DNA of 64,000 nucleotides, from IMG/VR virus record IMGVR_UViG_3300036766_002286; one strand, given 5' to 3'. A program made the translations under genes and the position numbers. Position 1 is the stretch's first letter. Each line of letters begins with the position of its first letter. Shown here in pieces: positions 1 to 9,197 of this stretch. Below the pieces are notes generated by a model. It had not been told where the DNA came from and made no database searches. It was given only the letters and a program-made list of their open reading frames with translations. The stretch is from a virus (Duplodnaviria > Caudoviricetes).

Positions 1-544
1 GTTTTAGATCTGCTCTTTGTAAATTAGCATCCTCAAGGTCTGCATCTTGCAAATTTGCGAATTGCAAGTCTGCGCCAGTCAAATTTGCCCGAGTTAGACC
101 TGCAGTCTTAAGGTTTGCGTATCTAAAGTCTGCTCTTTTTAAGTTAGCATCTACCAAAAATGCATCCTCTAAATCTGCGCAATATAAGTTTGCTTTTTGT
201 AAGTCTGCTAAACTAAGATCTGCATTTTTTAAACACACGCCTCCAGATAAGTTCGCCTCAAATAAGTTTGCTCCTTGCAAGTTGGCGCAAGTGAGATCCG
301 CATTCATCAAGTCAGCAAATCGTAAGTCAGCGGAAGTAAGATTTGTATCACACATAATCGCACCGCTAAGAGTTGCTCTAAACAAAGACACTCTTTGTAG
401 ATCAGCACCAGTTAAGTTCGCGTTAGCTAAGTTGCCACCATCCAAATCTACATCCTTTAAGTCTATGCAAGTAAGGTTTGCTCCCCATAAGCTTATCTTG
501 GCGTTCACTTTCGCTATAACTTCTTCTCTAGTAAATTCACTCAT
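1..544 (-). CDS. Pentapeptide repeat protein, runs off window start
   Basis: Manual translation from ATG 544 (SD AAGGAG): MSEFTREEVIAKVNAKISLWGANLTCIDLKDVDLDGGNLANANLTGADL..., A(D/N)Lxx repeats. Confidence 0.9.
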   Translation of the reverse strand, partial: MSEFTREEVIAKVNAKISLWGANLTCIDLKDVDLDGGNLANANLTGADLQRVSLFRATLSGAIMCDTNLTSADLRFADLMNADLTCANLQGANLFEANLSGGVCLKNADLSLADLQKANLYCADLEDAFLVDANLKRADFRYANLKTAGLTRANLTGADLQFANLQDADLEDANLQRADLK

Positions 545-596
545 AGTATTTCTCCTTTGTTTTTAATGCGTTTCCCTATTACAGTTCTCTGTCCAT

Positions 597-1064
597 TTAG
601 ACAAATGTTGCTTGAGCTTGTTGACCGGCTGATAAATATTGACGATGCGATTTATCAATTTTCGCGTTTGTCAGATCAGCGCCATTAAAATTAGTATCCT
701 CCTTTCGATTAAGACCAATCCCTAAGTTAGCCTGACTCAAATCAGCGTCTGTTAGATTAGCATCACTCAAATTAGCACCTTTAAGATTAGCTTTAGTAAA
801 ATTAGCACCCTGCAAGTGAGCGTACATCAAACACGTCCAACTCAAATTAGCACCACTAAAATTCGCACCCTCAAGGTACGCACACCATAAAGTAGCTTTC
901 GTCAGATTAGATTCACTAAAATTAAACGCCACTAGTTCGCTATAATTAAAATCGACGTCTGTTAAATCCATCCCACTTAAATTAGGATCATCTATAAGAA
1001 CTTCACTTTAACTGTCCCGGCTTGCACTCTTCTTAGTACTTCCCCCTCTAGTAAGCCCGACCAT
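597..1064 (-). CDS. Pentapeptide repeat protein, N-terminus disrupted (intact ORF 597-971)
   Basis: A(N/D)L repeats; ATG 1064 with SD AAGGAGG is in frame but hits TAA; shifted frame gives LTRGEVLRRVQAG, like paralogue N-caps. Confidence 0.8.
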
Positions 1065-1225
1065 TATAGTCCTCCTTTAATTGTTTGATCTTTAATTTTA
1101 TACTATTTATCACTAGGTTATATTACTATATAGGCTAGCGATTAATACACAATACCTATAACATATAATAGAGTATTATAATAGCAGCTATAGGCATTAA
1201 CGCTAGACCAGGCACAATATATTAT

Positions 1226-2752
1226 ATGACATCTATTCTCGCGACTAATATAGATCTAAAGAATCTTGCTAATCGAGCTCTCGCTAGCTGCTCTATTCCT
1301 TGGCAGCTTGACACAGGCTCAGTTACTGTCCGTACTCCTATTACTGGCTCTATCTTGGGCAAGGTTCCATATCATCAAGTAGATCTAGACGAAACAACCA
1401 AAATAGCTACTAATGTATTCAAAATTTGGCGTAGTATCCCAGCCCCACAAAGAGGGGCTGTTATTCGTAATTTAGGTAATTTACTTATAACAAATAAAGT
1501 TGCTTTAGCTAATCTTATTCAAATAGAAGTGGGTAAAATTCGCTCTGAAGCTTTAGGTGAAATTCAAGAAATGATTGATATTTGTGAATTTGCAGTAGGG
1601 CAATCTCGCCAGCTTTACGGCCGCACTATTGCATCAGAACGCCCTGATCATACGCTAAGCGAATCTTGGCTTCCCGCCGGACCTGTTGGCATAATTAGTG
1701 CTTTCAACTTTCCAGCAGCAGTCTGGGCCTGGAATGCAGCTCTCGCTATTGTTTGCGGGGATCCTGTAATATGGAAACCAAGTGAACTTACACCCCTAAC
1801 ATCTCTAGCTATCAATCATCTGGCTCGCCAAGCAGCCAAGGCAGCCAATGCTCCAGAGGATTTATTTCAAATTGTTTTAGGTGGTGCTGACCTTGGTGCA
1901 AAAATGTCTGCATCTCCGCAACTGCCTATTATCAGTGCTACCGGGTCAACTTCAATGGGCCACAAAGTAGCCCTAGCTACGGCCTCTAGGTTTGCAAAAA
2001 GTATTCTTGAGCTTGGTGGCAATAATGCAGCTATTGTTACCCCGACAGCTAATTTAGATCTTGCCATTCGTGCCATAACATTTTCTGCCGTCGGCACTGC
2101 TGGTCAAAGGTGTACTACCCTACGACGACTAATCGTAGCTAACCCAATATATGATGAGCTATGTGAGCGTCTCATTGCCACCTATGCTAGTCTCACCATA
2201 GGAGATCCAAGAAAAACAGAAACTCTAGTCGGTCCTCTTATCAATATGACCGCTGCTATAAACATGGAGGCCGCAGTTGAACAGAGCAACTTTGACGGAT
2301 GCCAACTTTTAACCCCGGTTAACCGCCTTTTATCAGGTCTCTATCCTCAAGCTGCCTATTATTCACCTTTGCTAGTTGCCATGCCTAAACAAACAGAAAT
2401 TGTCCGTAAAGAAACTTTTGCCCCTATTTTATATATTATGAAATATGATGATCTAGATGAGGCTATTGCGATCCACAATGACGTACCTCAAGGCCTGTCT
2501 TCAAGTATTTTTACCACCGATATTCAAGATTCCGCGCGATTTTTAGGACCAAGTGGCTCTGATTGTGGAATCGCAAATGTAAATATTGGACCTTCAGGAG
2601 CTGAAATTGGTGGAGCTTTCGGTGGAGAAAAAGAAACCGGCGGTGGCCGAGAATCCGGATCCGATGCTTGGAAAGGATATATGCGCAGGGCTACTAATAC
2701 TGTTTGTTACTCGGACACTCCACTTTTAGCCCAAGGTGTAACATTTATTTAA
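1226..2752 (+). CDS. pcd: L-piperideine-6-carboxylate / alpha-aminoadipic semialdehyde dehydrogenase (ALDH7 family)
   Basis: LELGGNNA, TAGQRCTT, ETFAP, GAEIGGAFGGEKETGGGRESGSDAWK; adjacent to lat. Confidence 0.9.
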   Translation: MTSILATNIDLKNLANRALASCSIPWQLDTGSVTVRTPITGSILGKVPYHQVDLDETTKIATNVFKIWRSIPAPQRGAVIRNLGNLLITNKVALANLIQIEVGKIRSEALGEIQEMIDICEFAVGQSRQLYGRTIASERPDHTLSESWLPAGPVGIISAFNFPAAVWAWNAALAIVCGDPVIWKPSELTPLTSLAINHLARQAAKAANAPEDLFQIVLGGADLGAKMSASPQLPIISATGSTSMGHKVALATASRFAKSILELGGNNAAIVTPTANLDLAIRAITFSAVGTAGQRCTTLRRLIVANPIYDELCERLIATYASLTIGDPRKTETLVGPLINMTAAINMEAAVEQSNFDGCQLLTPVNRLLSGLYPQAAYYSPLLVAMPKQTEIVRKETFAPILYIMKYDDLDEAIAIHNDVPQGLSSSIFTTDIQDSARFLGPSGSDCGIANVNIGPSGAEIGGAFGGEKETGGGRESGSDAWKGYMRRATNTVCYSDTPLLAQGVTFI

Positions 2753-2758
2753 CACAAA

Positions 2759-4114
2759 TTAGCTATTAACTTCAGCTATTGTTTCTCTTAAAGCTTCAAG
2801 TACAAAATTTATACTGTCCGCATCAATACATAGTGGTGGCCGAAAACGTATAGAGTTTCCTCCGCATCCCAGAATTATTATAAAGTGCCGAGCTAGCCCT
2901 TCAAGTACTAAATCACGCATCTCAAGGGTTTTAAATGATATTGCACACATCAACCCGCGACCCCGCGGGTTAAATACTACCTCCGGGTACTCAGCGGCGA
3001 TCTTTTGCAGTCCGTTTAGTAACAGCGACCCCATGAAGTCCGCATTCGCAAATAGGTTTTCTGTCTCAAACACTTCTAAAATACGGGTCGCTCTCACCAT
3101 ATCTGTCAAGTTTCCACCCCAAGTAGAATTTATGCGCGACGGCACGCAAAACACGTTAGAGGGTACCAAATCAACTCTACGACCAGCCATGATTCCGCAC
3201 ACTTGAATTTTTTTACCAAATACCACAATATCAGGCTGTAGACATAACTGTTGGTACGCCCAGGGGGTACCAGTAATGCCACCTCCAGATTGAATCTCAT
3301 CTAAAATAAACAAAGCATCGAATTCTATACACAGGTTCTGTAATGCTAGTAAAAACTCAGCTCTCAAATGGCGGTCTCCACCTTCGCCTTGAATTGGCTC
3401 TGCGATAAAACAAGCAATATCATCTTTAAATTCTATAAATGCAGCCCTAGCTTGTGCGATCGCATTCAATTCTAGCTGTTCAAGTTTTTTGTTGTCATTA
3501 TCAGAAAAGTTCTCTGCTGGAGCTTCAATGCGTGGCCAGTCAAATTTTGGAAATCTAGCAATTTTTACTGGATCAGTATTTGTTAAACTTAGTGTATAGC
3601 CACTGCGCCCATGAAAAGCATGTTCCAGGTGGAGAACTTTTGTACCAAGTTTCTCTGATTTACCCAGCATAGCATTATGTTGTTGCTTCCAATCAAAAGC
3701 CACTTTCAATGCATTCTCAACAGCCGCAGCGCCGCCTTCAATAAAAAACAAATGAGGTAGTGCCGAATCTCCCATTACTCGACTAAATGTTTCTATGAAC
3801 TGCACCATCTCCAAACTAGAAAAGTCAGAATTTGCCGGTTTGTTTATAGCAGTCGTCAATAATTTATCTAAAAATGCGCCATTTTCAGCTAAAGCCGGGT
3901 GATTCATTCCTAAAGCACTTGATGCAAAAAAGCTTCCAAAGTCCAACCAATTTTCATCATTTTTAGCGTCATATAGATAAGGAGTACGTGATAATTCTAA
4001 GTCTAGCTCGATCGGATCCATGCCAGCAGCTAAAATATGTTTTGAGAGTCGCTCATGGAGAGTTTTAGTATTTTCACAAGTCTCCTTGTCGATAATTTTT
4101 CCATTTTCATTCAT
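2759..4114 (-). CDS. lat: L-lysine 6-transaminase (class III PLP aminotransferase)
   Basis: AVENALKVAFDWK, AFHGRSGYTLSLTNT, EPIQGEGGD, FGKK, SRINSTWGGN. Confidence 0.92.
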   Translation of the reverse strand: MNENGKIIDKETCENTKTLHERLSKHILAAGMDPIELDLELSRTPYLYDAKNDENWLDFGSFFASSALGMNHPALAENGAFLDKLLTTAINKPANSDFSSLEMVQFIETFSRVMGDSALPHLFFIEGGAAAVENALKVAFDWKQQHNAMLGKSEKLGTKVLHLEHAFHGRSGYTLSLTNTDPVKIARFPKFDWPRIEAPAENFSDNDNKKLEQLELNAIAQARAAFIEFKDDIACFIAEPIQGEGGDRHLRAEFLLALQNLCIEFDALFILDEIQSGGGITGTPWAYQQLCLQPDIVVFGKKIQVCGIMAGRRVDLVPSNVFCVPSRINSTWGGNLTDMVRATRILEVFETENLFANADFMGSLLLNGLQKIAAEYPEVVFNPRGRGLMCAISFKTLEMRDLVLEGLARHFIIILGCGGNSIRFRPPLCIDADSINFVLEALRETIAEVNS

Positions 4115-4143
4115 AATATACAGTCCTCAATTACCAGATATAG

Positions 4144-4533
4144 TTATTTTAGTCTCTCGACTAGTTCACTTGGTGAAGCAATAATTTCTCTAAAAAGCAC
4201 ATGGCGGCACAGCTCATTATCATCGGCATTCAAGGCGTAGATTGGTTTTCCAACCGCAACAGCATACCCAATTTCCAAAGTCGTACTATTACCAGTATAA
4301 CCATCTTTATTAAATACAAAAACAACATCAGCCATTTGAATTTTGTAAAAATGATCATGAGTAAGCCCAAGGGCTATAAATTTTTTATAATCATCAGACA
4401 TTGCTGCCCACTCATCTTGGCCAGAGTGTAGATAGGGCTCAAAAACAACAACCCCAAGATCTTTTAACTGCACGGCAGATTTTCTCATTTCCGACTTAAA
4501 GCGGCGACTTCCGCACATGACAATTGTTTTCAT
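4144..4533 (-). CDS. Nucleoside 2-deoxyribosyltransferase-like protein
   Basis: KIQMADVVFVFNKDGYTGNSTTLEIGYAVAVGKPIY motif. Confidence 0.65.
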   Translation of the reverse strand: MKTIVMCGSRRFKSEMRKSAVQLKDLGVVVFEPYLHSGQDEWAAMSDDYKKFIALGLTHDHFYKIQMADVVFVFNKDGYTGNSTTLEIGYAVAVGKPIYALNADDNELCRHVLFREIIASPSELVERLK

Positions 4534-4638
4534 ATACTATATAGTGCTCTACATGTGAATTTCTGCAATTGTTACCACTATGTCCAAGTAATCTTTATAA
4601 AGCTTGCCAAATCTCAAATTAAACGCACTAATATATCA

Positions 4639-5136
4639 ATGACCCTCTCTCAGACAATATTTTCTATAATTCCAAGCGTCCGCCAAGCTCCAGCCCAAGA
4701 ACAAATAAGTATGGCCATTTCCATTTTATGGGCTATGGCTCTTGGCGCTATTATTGGTCTCGAGCGTAAAAAAGCTGCTAAAGCTTCTGGTATTCGTACT
4801 AGTATGCTTATAGCAGGTGCCTCTGCTTTAGTTGTGGCAGTCTCCGTCTCTCTAACCGCTGCTGGCACTCTCGGTGACGCTAGTCGAGGCATTCATGGAG
4901 TTATCACTGGTATCGGCTTTCTTGGCGCCGGAGCCATTTTTCGCCCTCAGGAAGGTATGGTGTCCGGCCTAACAACAGCTGCCTCTATTTTTTATACAGC
5001 CGCAGTCGGCTGCGCGGTTGCTGCCGGCTTTGGTATTGTAGCCACATTTTCTACCTTGTTTGCAATTTTCGTTCTCCGTGGTATTGGCGCTCTTCAACAT
5101 AAAAACCCCAATCATAGCACAACTGATTCTGATTAA
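4639..5136 (+). CDS. MgtC/SapB family membrane protein
   Basis: LGAIIGLER, GIRT, VITGIGFLGAGAI, GLTTAA. Confidence 0.9.
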   Translation: MTLSQTIFSIIPSVRQAPAQEQISMAISILWAMALGAIIGLERKKAAKASGIRTSMLIAGASALVVAVSVSLTAAGTLGDASRGIHGVITGIGFLGAGAIFRPQEGMVSGLTTAASIFYTAAVGCAVAAGFGIVATFSTLFAIFVLRGIGALQHKNPNHSTTDSD

Positions 5137-5669
5137 AGGTCAGTCGTAGGGTATAAACTATTTATTATTTCGTCCCCCAAAGCTTTTATAGCTTTCCATT
5201 TCGCAGACTCATCACTTCCAGGCACCAGCCGTGCAAAACCCAAAGTTATACTATCCCCTTGTCCCCTACTGCCTATGCTGGTTTCGCCTAAAACCGAAGC
5301 ATCCCCTACGTATAAAATTCCTTGGCAGGCATCTAGAACAGATTTAGAGAAGTTCGCTACATCTATATTAGATTTACAAGCCATAAAAGACACCACCACC
5401 GGCCTTGACGCTAAAGGAAGATTCCGGTCTCCAACTAACCAGCCGTTTGGTCTGGCAGATAACATCATTATACCTAAGTTACGTTCAAAGTTTTTTGGCT
5501 TCGACCACACAGTTTTCAGTTTAGGGTTACGTCTAAAGTTACTTTTAGATTGTAGAGCTAGGGGTACGGCTATCCAAAATGCCTGTTCCCAGGCTTCATT
5601 AACTATCAAGTTACTTGTTGGCATTAGCATACATCTTATTGTGCAAGCCATCTGAAACATGGCACTCAT
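5133..5669 (-). CDS. RusA-like Holliday junction resolvase (divergent)
   Basis: SKSN..R and DVANFSKSVLDACQGILYVGDASV resemble RusA DxDNxxKxxxDxxxGxxxxDD; some acidic residues substituted. Confidence 0.55.
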   Translation of the reverse strand: MSAMFQMACTIRCMLMPTSNLIVNEAWEQAFWIAVPLALQSKSNFRRNPKLKTVWSKPKNFERNLGIMMLSARPNGWLVGDRNLPLASRPVVVSFMACKSNIDVANFSKSVLDACQGILYVGDASVLGETSIGSRGQGDSITLGFARLVPGSDESAKWKAIKALGDEIINSLYPTTDL

Positions 5670-5776
5670 TGTTCTCTAGAATTTGGTATTTAAAGTATAT
5701 TTATCAAGTGATTATCCTTGACAGTATGCTCAGCCCCAATAGTATAGGATATAATTATAAGTATCAAAAGGAATTT

Positions 5777-6046
5777 ATGACTCAATCTAAATTTATAAAT
5801 AATGCCAAATCTGATTACAATGACTTTTCTCAGCCCAGGTTTGCTTCTTATGCAGATTTAAAAAATGCTCATAGGCTTGTCTGGGAAAAGCATTTTATAG
5901 CTTATGGTGTTTTACTGCCAGACACTTCTCAAGAAGTCAGAGATATCGCTTTTTTACTATGGACTACATCAAAGGCAGCAAGTCCGATGGCTATATTTGC
6001 TTATTGTCTAAAAGTAGCTTACGCTCTAAGCGAACAGGTTGTTTAG
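5777..6046 (+). CDS. Hypothetical protein
   Basis: TTGACA...TATAAT promoter-like sequence and AAGGA SD before ATG 5777. Confidence 0.55.
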   Translation: MTQSKFINNAKSDYNDFSQPRFASYADLKNAHRLVWEKHFIAYGVLLPDTSQEVRDIAFLLWTTSKAASPMAIFAYCLKVAYALSEQVV

Positions 6047-6108
6047 AATTTTTCATTTGTACTATCGAACAGCGCCGCAAGAGTATATCTTATACATAGG
6101 AGTTTATA

Positions 6109-6435
6109 ATGAAAAAATGGTACAAAGATGAGCTGAAACAGAACATAGGCATACCAGCGTCCATACAATTTTTGGCATGGCTTAATGACGATTGCAATAA
6201 GACCCAACGAGATTTATGTACAATAAAGGTAGCAAGATTTCTTGTTGGTGTGTATATTGATGATGGTCCTCATCCCTATCGTTACCTAGATGCTGGCATA
6301 AATCCTACAGTAGAACTTCCGGTTTCATTATTATGGGCTCGTTTAGCCAAAATCTCACCACCACTTACTTTTGTATCAAGACCTAATAAGAAAGACTATC
6401 CACCAGATAGTAAAATACTGTCCTCTAGACAGTAA
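6109..6435 (+). CDS. Hypothetical protein
   Basis: AGGAG SD, 108 aa ORF. Confidence 0.6.
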   Translation: MKKWYKDELKQNIGIPASIQFLAWLNDDCNKTQRDLCTIKVARFLVGVYIDDGPHPYRYLDAGINPTVELPVSLLWARLAKISPPLTFVSRPNKKDYPPDSKILSSRQ

Positions 6436-6503
6436 TTGTTACTAGTTGAAATGAGCAAGTATTAGAAGTTGCATATTTTAGCATTCCCGGCACAATATTT
6501 ACT

Positions 6504-7241
6504 ATGACTGCTCTCTCACTTCCAGATCTAGATTCTCGTTTTAAAGACTTTACTGACTTCAGTCCAATAGAGATACTGGCTTGCTTAAATAACGATTATG
6601 ACATATCAGATCCTTTTGCAGCAAGACTTATCAGCTACAGCTCTAAAGCTATTCAACGTTGGCACACTCTAACCTCAGCTGCAGTCACACAAAATCAGCA
6701 TGATATAGTAGAAGCAGCTAAGTTACTTTTAGCTTTTTGTAGTCTTATTAAAGAAAAACACGATGATGTACCTGCATGGTTTGAATCTTATCCCTTGGAT
6801 GGAATTCTTATATCTCGTACCGACCTTTTTGCGGTCTCTATTAACAAAGCGGACCCTTCTAATTTTTCTGCTCTTTTATACGACGCTTATGGTCTTGTAG
6901 ACTCTCCCCGTTCTTTGTTGGCTTCCATAGTACCACAGTTTGCAGATATTTATGGTACTGATGCTGGTCTTGCGGGTGCGTGGTTTAGCTGGTCAGAATG
7001 TGTTTGGTTAGCAGAGCTTGCAGGCCTCCATTTTGTGGTTGACGGGACTTCTAAAGAAAATGCCTGTGATAATTTAGTAGAGTTAATTCTAGACGTAGTA
7101 CCTATGATAGCTGATGATGAACTGGCATGGAACGATGACCCAGATATTTTCGCTAAAATAAAAACTTTAATCGATAATGAGCATGATCTGCGTATTTTAC
7201 TATTTGGTAAAAAACATTTCTACAAGGAAACCACAGGATGA
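6504..7241 (+). CDS. Hypothetical protein, possible Xre/MbcA-like plus HicB-like antitoxin fusion
   Basis: ARLISYSSKAIQRW (HTH-like), VPAWF, C-terminal WLAELAGLHFVVDGTSKENACDNLVELI (HicB-like); ATGA-coupled to pth. Confidence 0.45.
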   Translation: MTALSLPDLDSRFKDFTDFSPIEILACLNNDYDISDPFAARLISYSSKAIQRWHTLTSAAVTQNQHDIVEAAKLLLAFCSLIKEKHDDVPAWFESYPLDGILISRTDLFAVSINKADPSNFSALLYDAYGLVDSPRSLLASIVPQFADIYGTDAGLAGAWFSWSECVWLAELAGLHFVVDGTSKENACDNLVELILDVVPMIADDELAWNDDPDIFAKIKTLIDNEHDLRILLFGKKHFYKETTG

Positions 7242-7810
7242 ATACCATTTTGATAGTTGGTTTAGGTAACCCAGAAGACAGATTTGCTAGAACCCCTCAT
7301 AATGTAGGTTTCGATGTTATAGATATTTTAGAAAATAGCTATAAACCACTAATACAGGCAAATCTGTCAAACGTTCTAGTTCGCACCGTAACTACCCAAG
7401 ATCTCACAATAGTACTAGCCAAGCCCCTTACTTACATGAATGGCTCTGGTTTAGCTGTTAAAGCCCTTATGGAAAAATACAGTGTCGTAGATCCAACAAA
7501 TATTATAGTAATTCACGATGAGCTTGATTTCAATCCTGGTCAAGTGCGCATCAAACTGGGCGGCGGTATAGCCGGCCACAATGGTTTGCGTTCCATAGTT
7601 GAACACATTGGTACTCCAGAGTTCATTAGAGTCCGCATTGGGGTAGGCAAACCCCCAGCCGGCACCTCTGGTCTAGACTATGTGCTAGCTGTCCCAGATA
7701 AAGCCACCTTGATTATATTAAATGAGGCCATCAAAGTAGCGGCAGACGCCACTGAGTTTATATGCTCTCGCGGTATATCATACGCCACACAACAAATTAA
7801 TTCTCTATAA
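7238..7810 (+). CDS. pth: Peptidyl-tRNA hydrolase
   Basis: IVGLGNP, TPHNVGF, KPLTYMNGSG, HDELD, GHNGLRSI, RVRIGVG. Confidence 0.97.
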   Translation: MNTILIVGLGNPEDRFARTPHNVGFDVIDILENSYKPLIQANLSNVLVRTVTTQDLTIVLAKPLTYMNGSGLAVKALMEKYSVVDPTNIIVIHDELDFNPGQVRIKLGGGIAGHNGLRSIVEHIGTPEFIRVRIGVGKPPAGTSGLDYVLAVPDKATLIILNEAIKVAADATEFICSRGISYATQQINSL

Positions 7811-7815
7811 TCACA

Positions 7816-9060
7816 CTAGCGTCGGGTATTTACCCACCCGTAATACGCCGGCCCGAAGTTTATTAAGTCCCGCATAATAGTTTTCGTCGTACATGTTTGT
7901 CCGGAAGTTGCAGCTGTACAAGTTTTTGTTATTGTCGTAGTCATGGTCTCTATTATAGTTATAATAGGAGCACTTATCACATCAATAGGCGTTTCAACAA
8001 CCTCAGCTCGAACTTATGTCCTACTATATATTCTCAAAACTTTACGTGGAGTAATTGCCCCCGTAGTCTCTGATGGCGAACTTTGACCACCAGCATTTAC
8101 TGCTATAATTCTGAACTTATAAGCAACATTGTTTTTCAATCCCAAAATAGTAACACTTGTACCTGTTCCTCTATTAAAATTTCGCCCAGCCCAAAACATT
8201 CCACCATCTGAGCTATATTGTATAATGTAGTTTGTAATTGGAAAATTGCCAAAATATATAGGCATTCTCCAGGTCAAATATACTGATCCATCTCCAGGAG
8301 TACCTATAATTTTAAGCGGCCTATTAGGTGCTACATTTAATATAGTAGGCGGCAGAGTCTGTACTACAGGTGCTATAGTTACTACAACTGAAGTTACAGT
8401 AGCAGCCTGTTGTATGGTAGTAGATGTTGTTGCTGGAATCATTAAGATGCTTCCTGTCGGTACAGTTACTTTAATCGGGACTGTAATTGTTGTAGTAACT
8501 AGCACAGTCGTTGGAACTGCAGGTATTGTAGTAGTTTGTACTAACGTTGTAGGTATAATAGTTACCGCTGTTGTGGTAGTTTCCGCGTTCCCCGAAGTTT
8601 CTCCAGGTGATCTTGGTGTAACAAAAATTTGCTGCGATGCGAGCGACCTCTGTCCATTTTGGTCTATTGCTATCACCCGGAACTTATACGAAGTGTCATT
8701 TAGCAAATGCACTATCACATCTTGCGTGTTTGCTGAGGTACCTGAATTTTGGGTCATCCACGCTAAACTGTCTACTGTAGCATATTCTATAATGTAGGTA
8801 TCAACTGTCAATTCCCCAAGGCTCGAAGGCGCAGCCCAAGTCAAAGAAACTTTTTTATTTCCTGGACTACCCAGCACATCAGTTGGAGAGCTTAACTGGG
8901 TCCCCTCCACGGTTGTAGTGGAGGCCTTACTTTCACTAAGTGCATATTTAATAGGAGAAATTCTAGTACCAGTAGTTCCAGCCGGAACCAAAACGGCCAT
9001 GAGTACTATAACTGTGAATAACAGCAGCCAACGCTTAAAATTTAATCTAAAAGTACTCAT
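7816..9060 (-). CDS. Secreted protein, two fibronectin III domains, Thr-rich linker and conserved C-terminal domain; in-frame TAA at 8014-8016
   Basis: Signal peptide; LTW..P..., YKFRV.A Fn3 motifs; 65 codons after the TAA match the C-terminus of the neighbouring protein. Confidence 0.8.
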
Positions 9061-9197
9061 ACTATAATTGTGGCTACACGCCTTCGCCACACATTCCACA
9101 ATATTACTATATTAATAAGGCTTTAGCCACTTTAACCTTATTATTAAGGTTTTTGTCTATTTATAATAATATGTGTGCGACAAACCTATGACTAATT

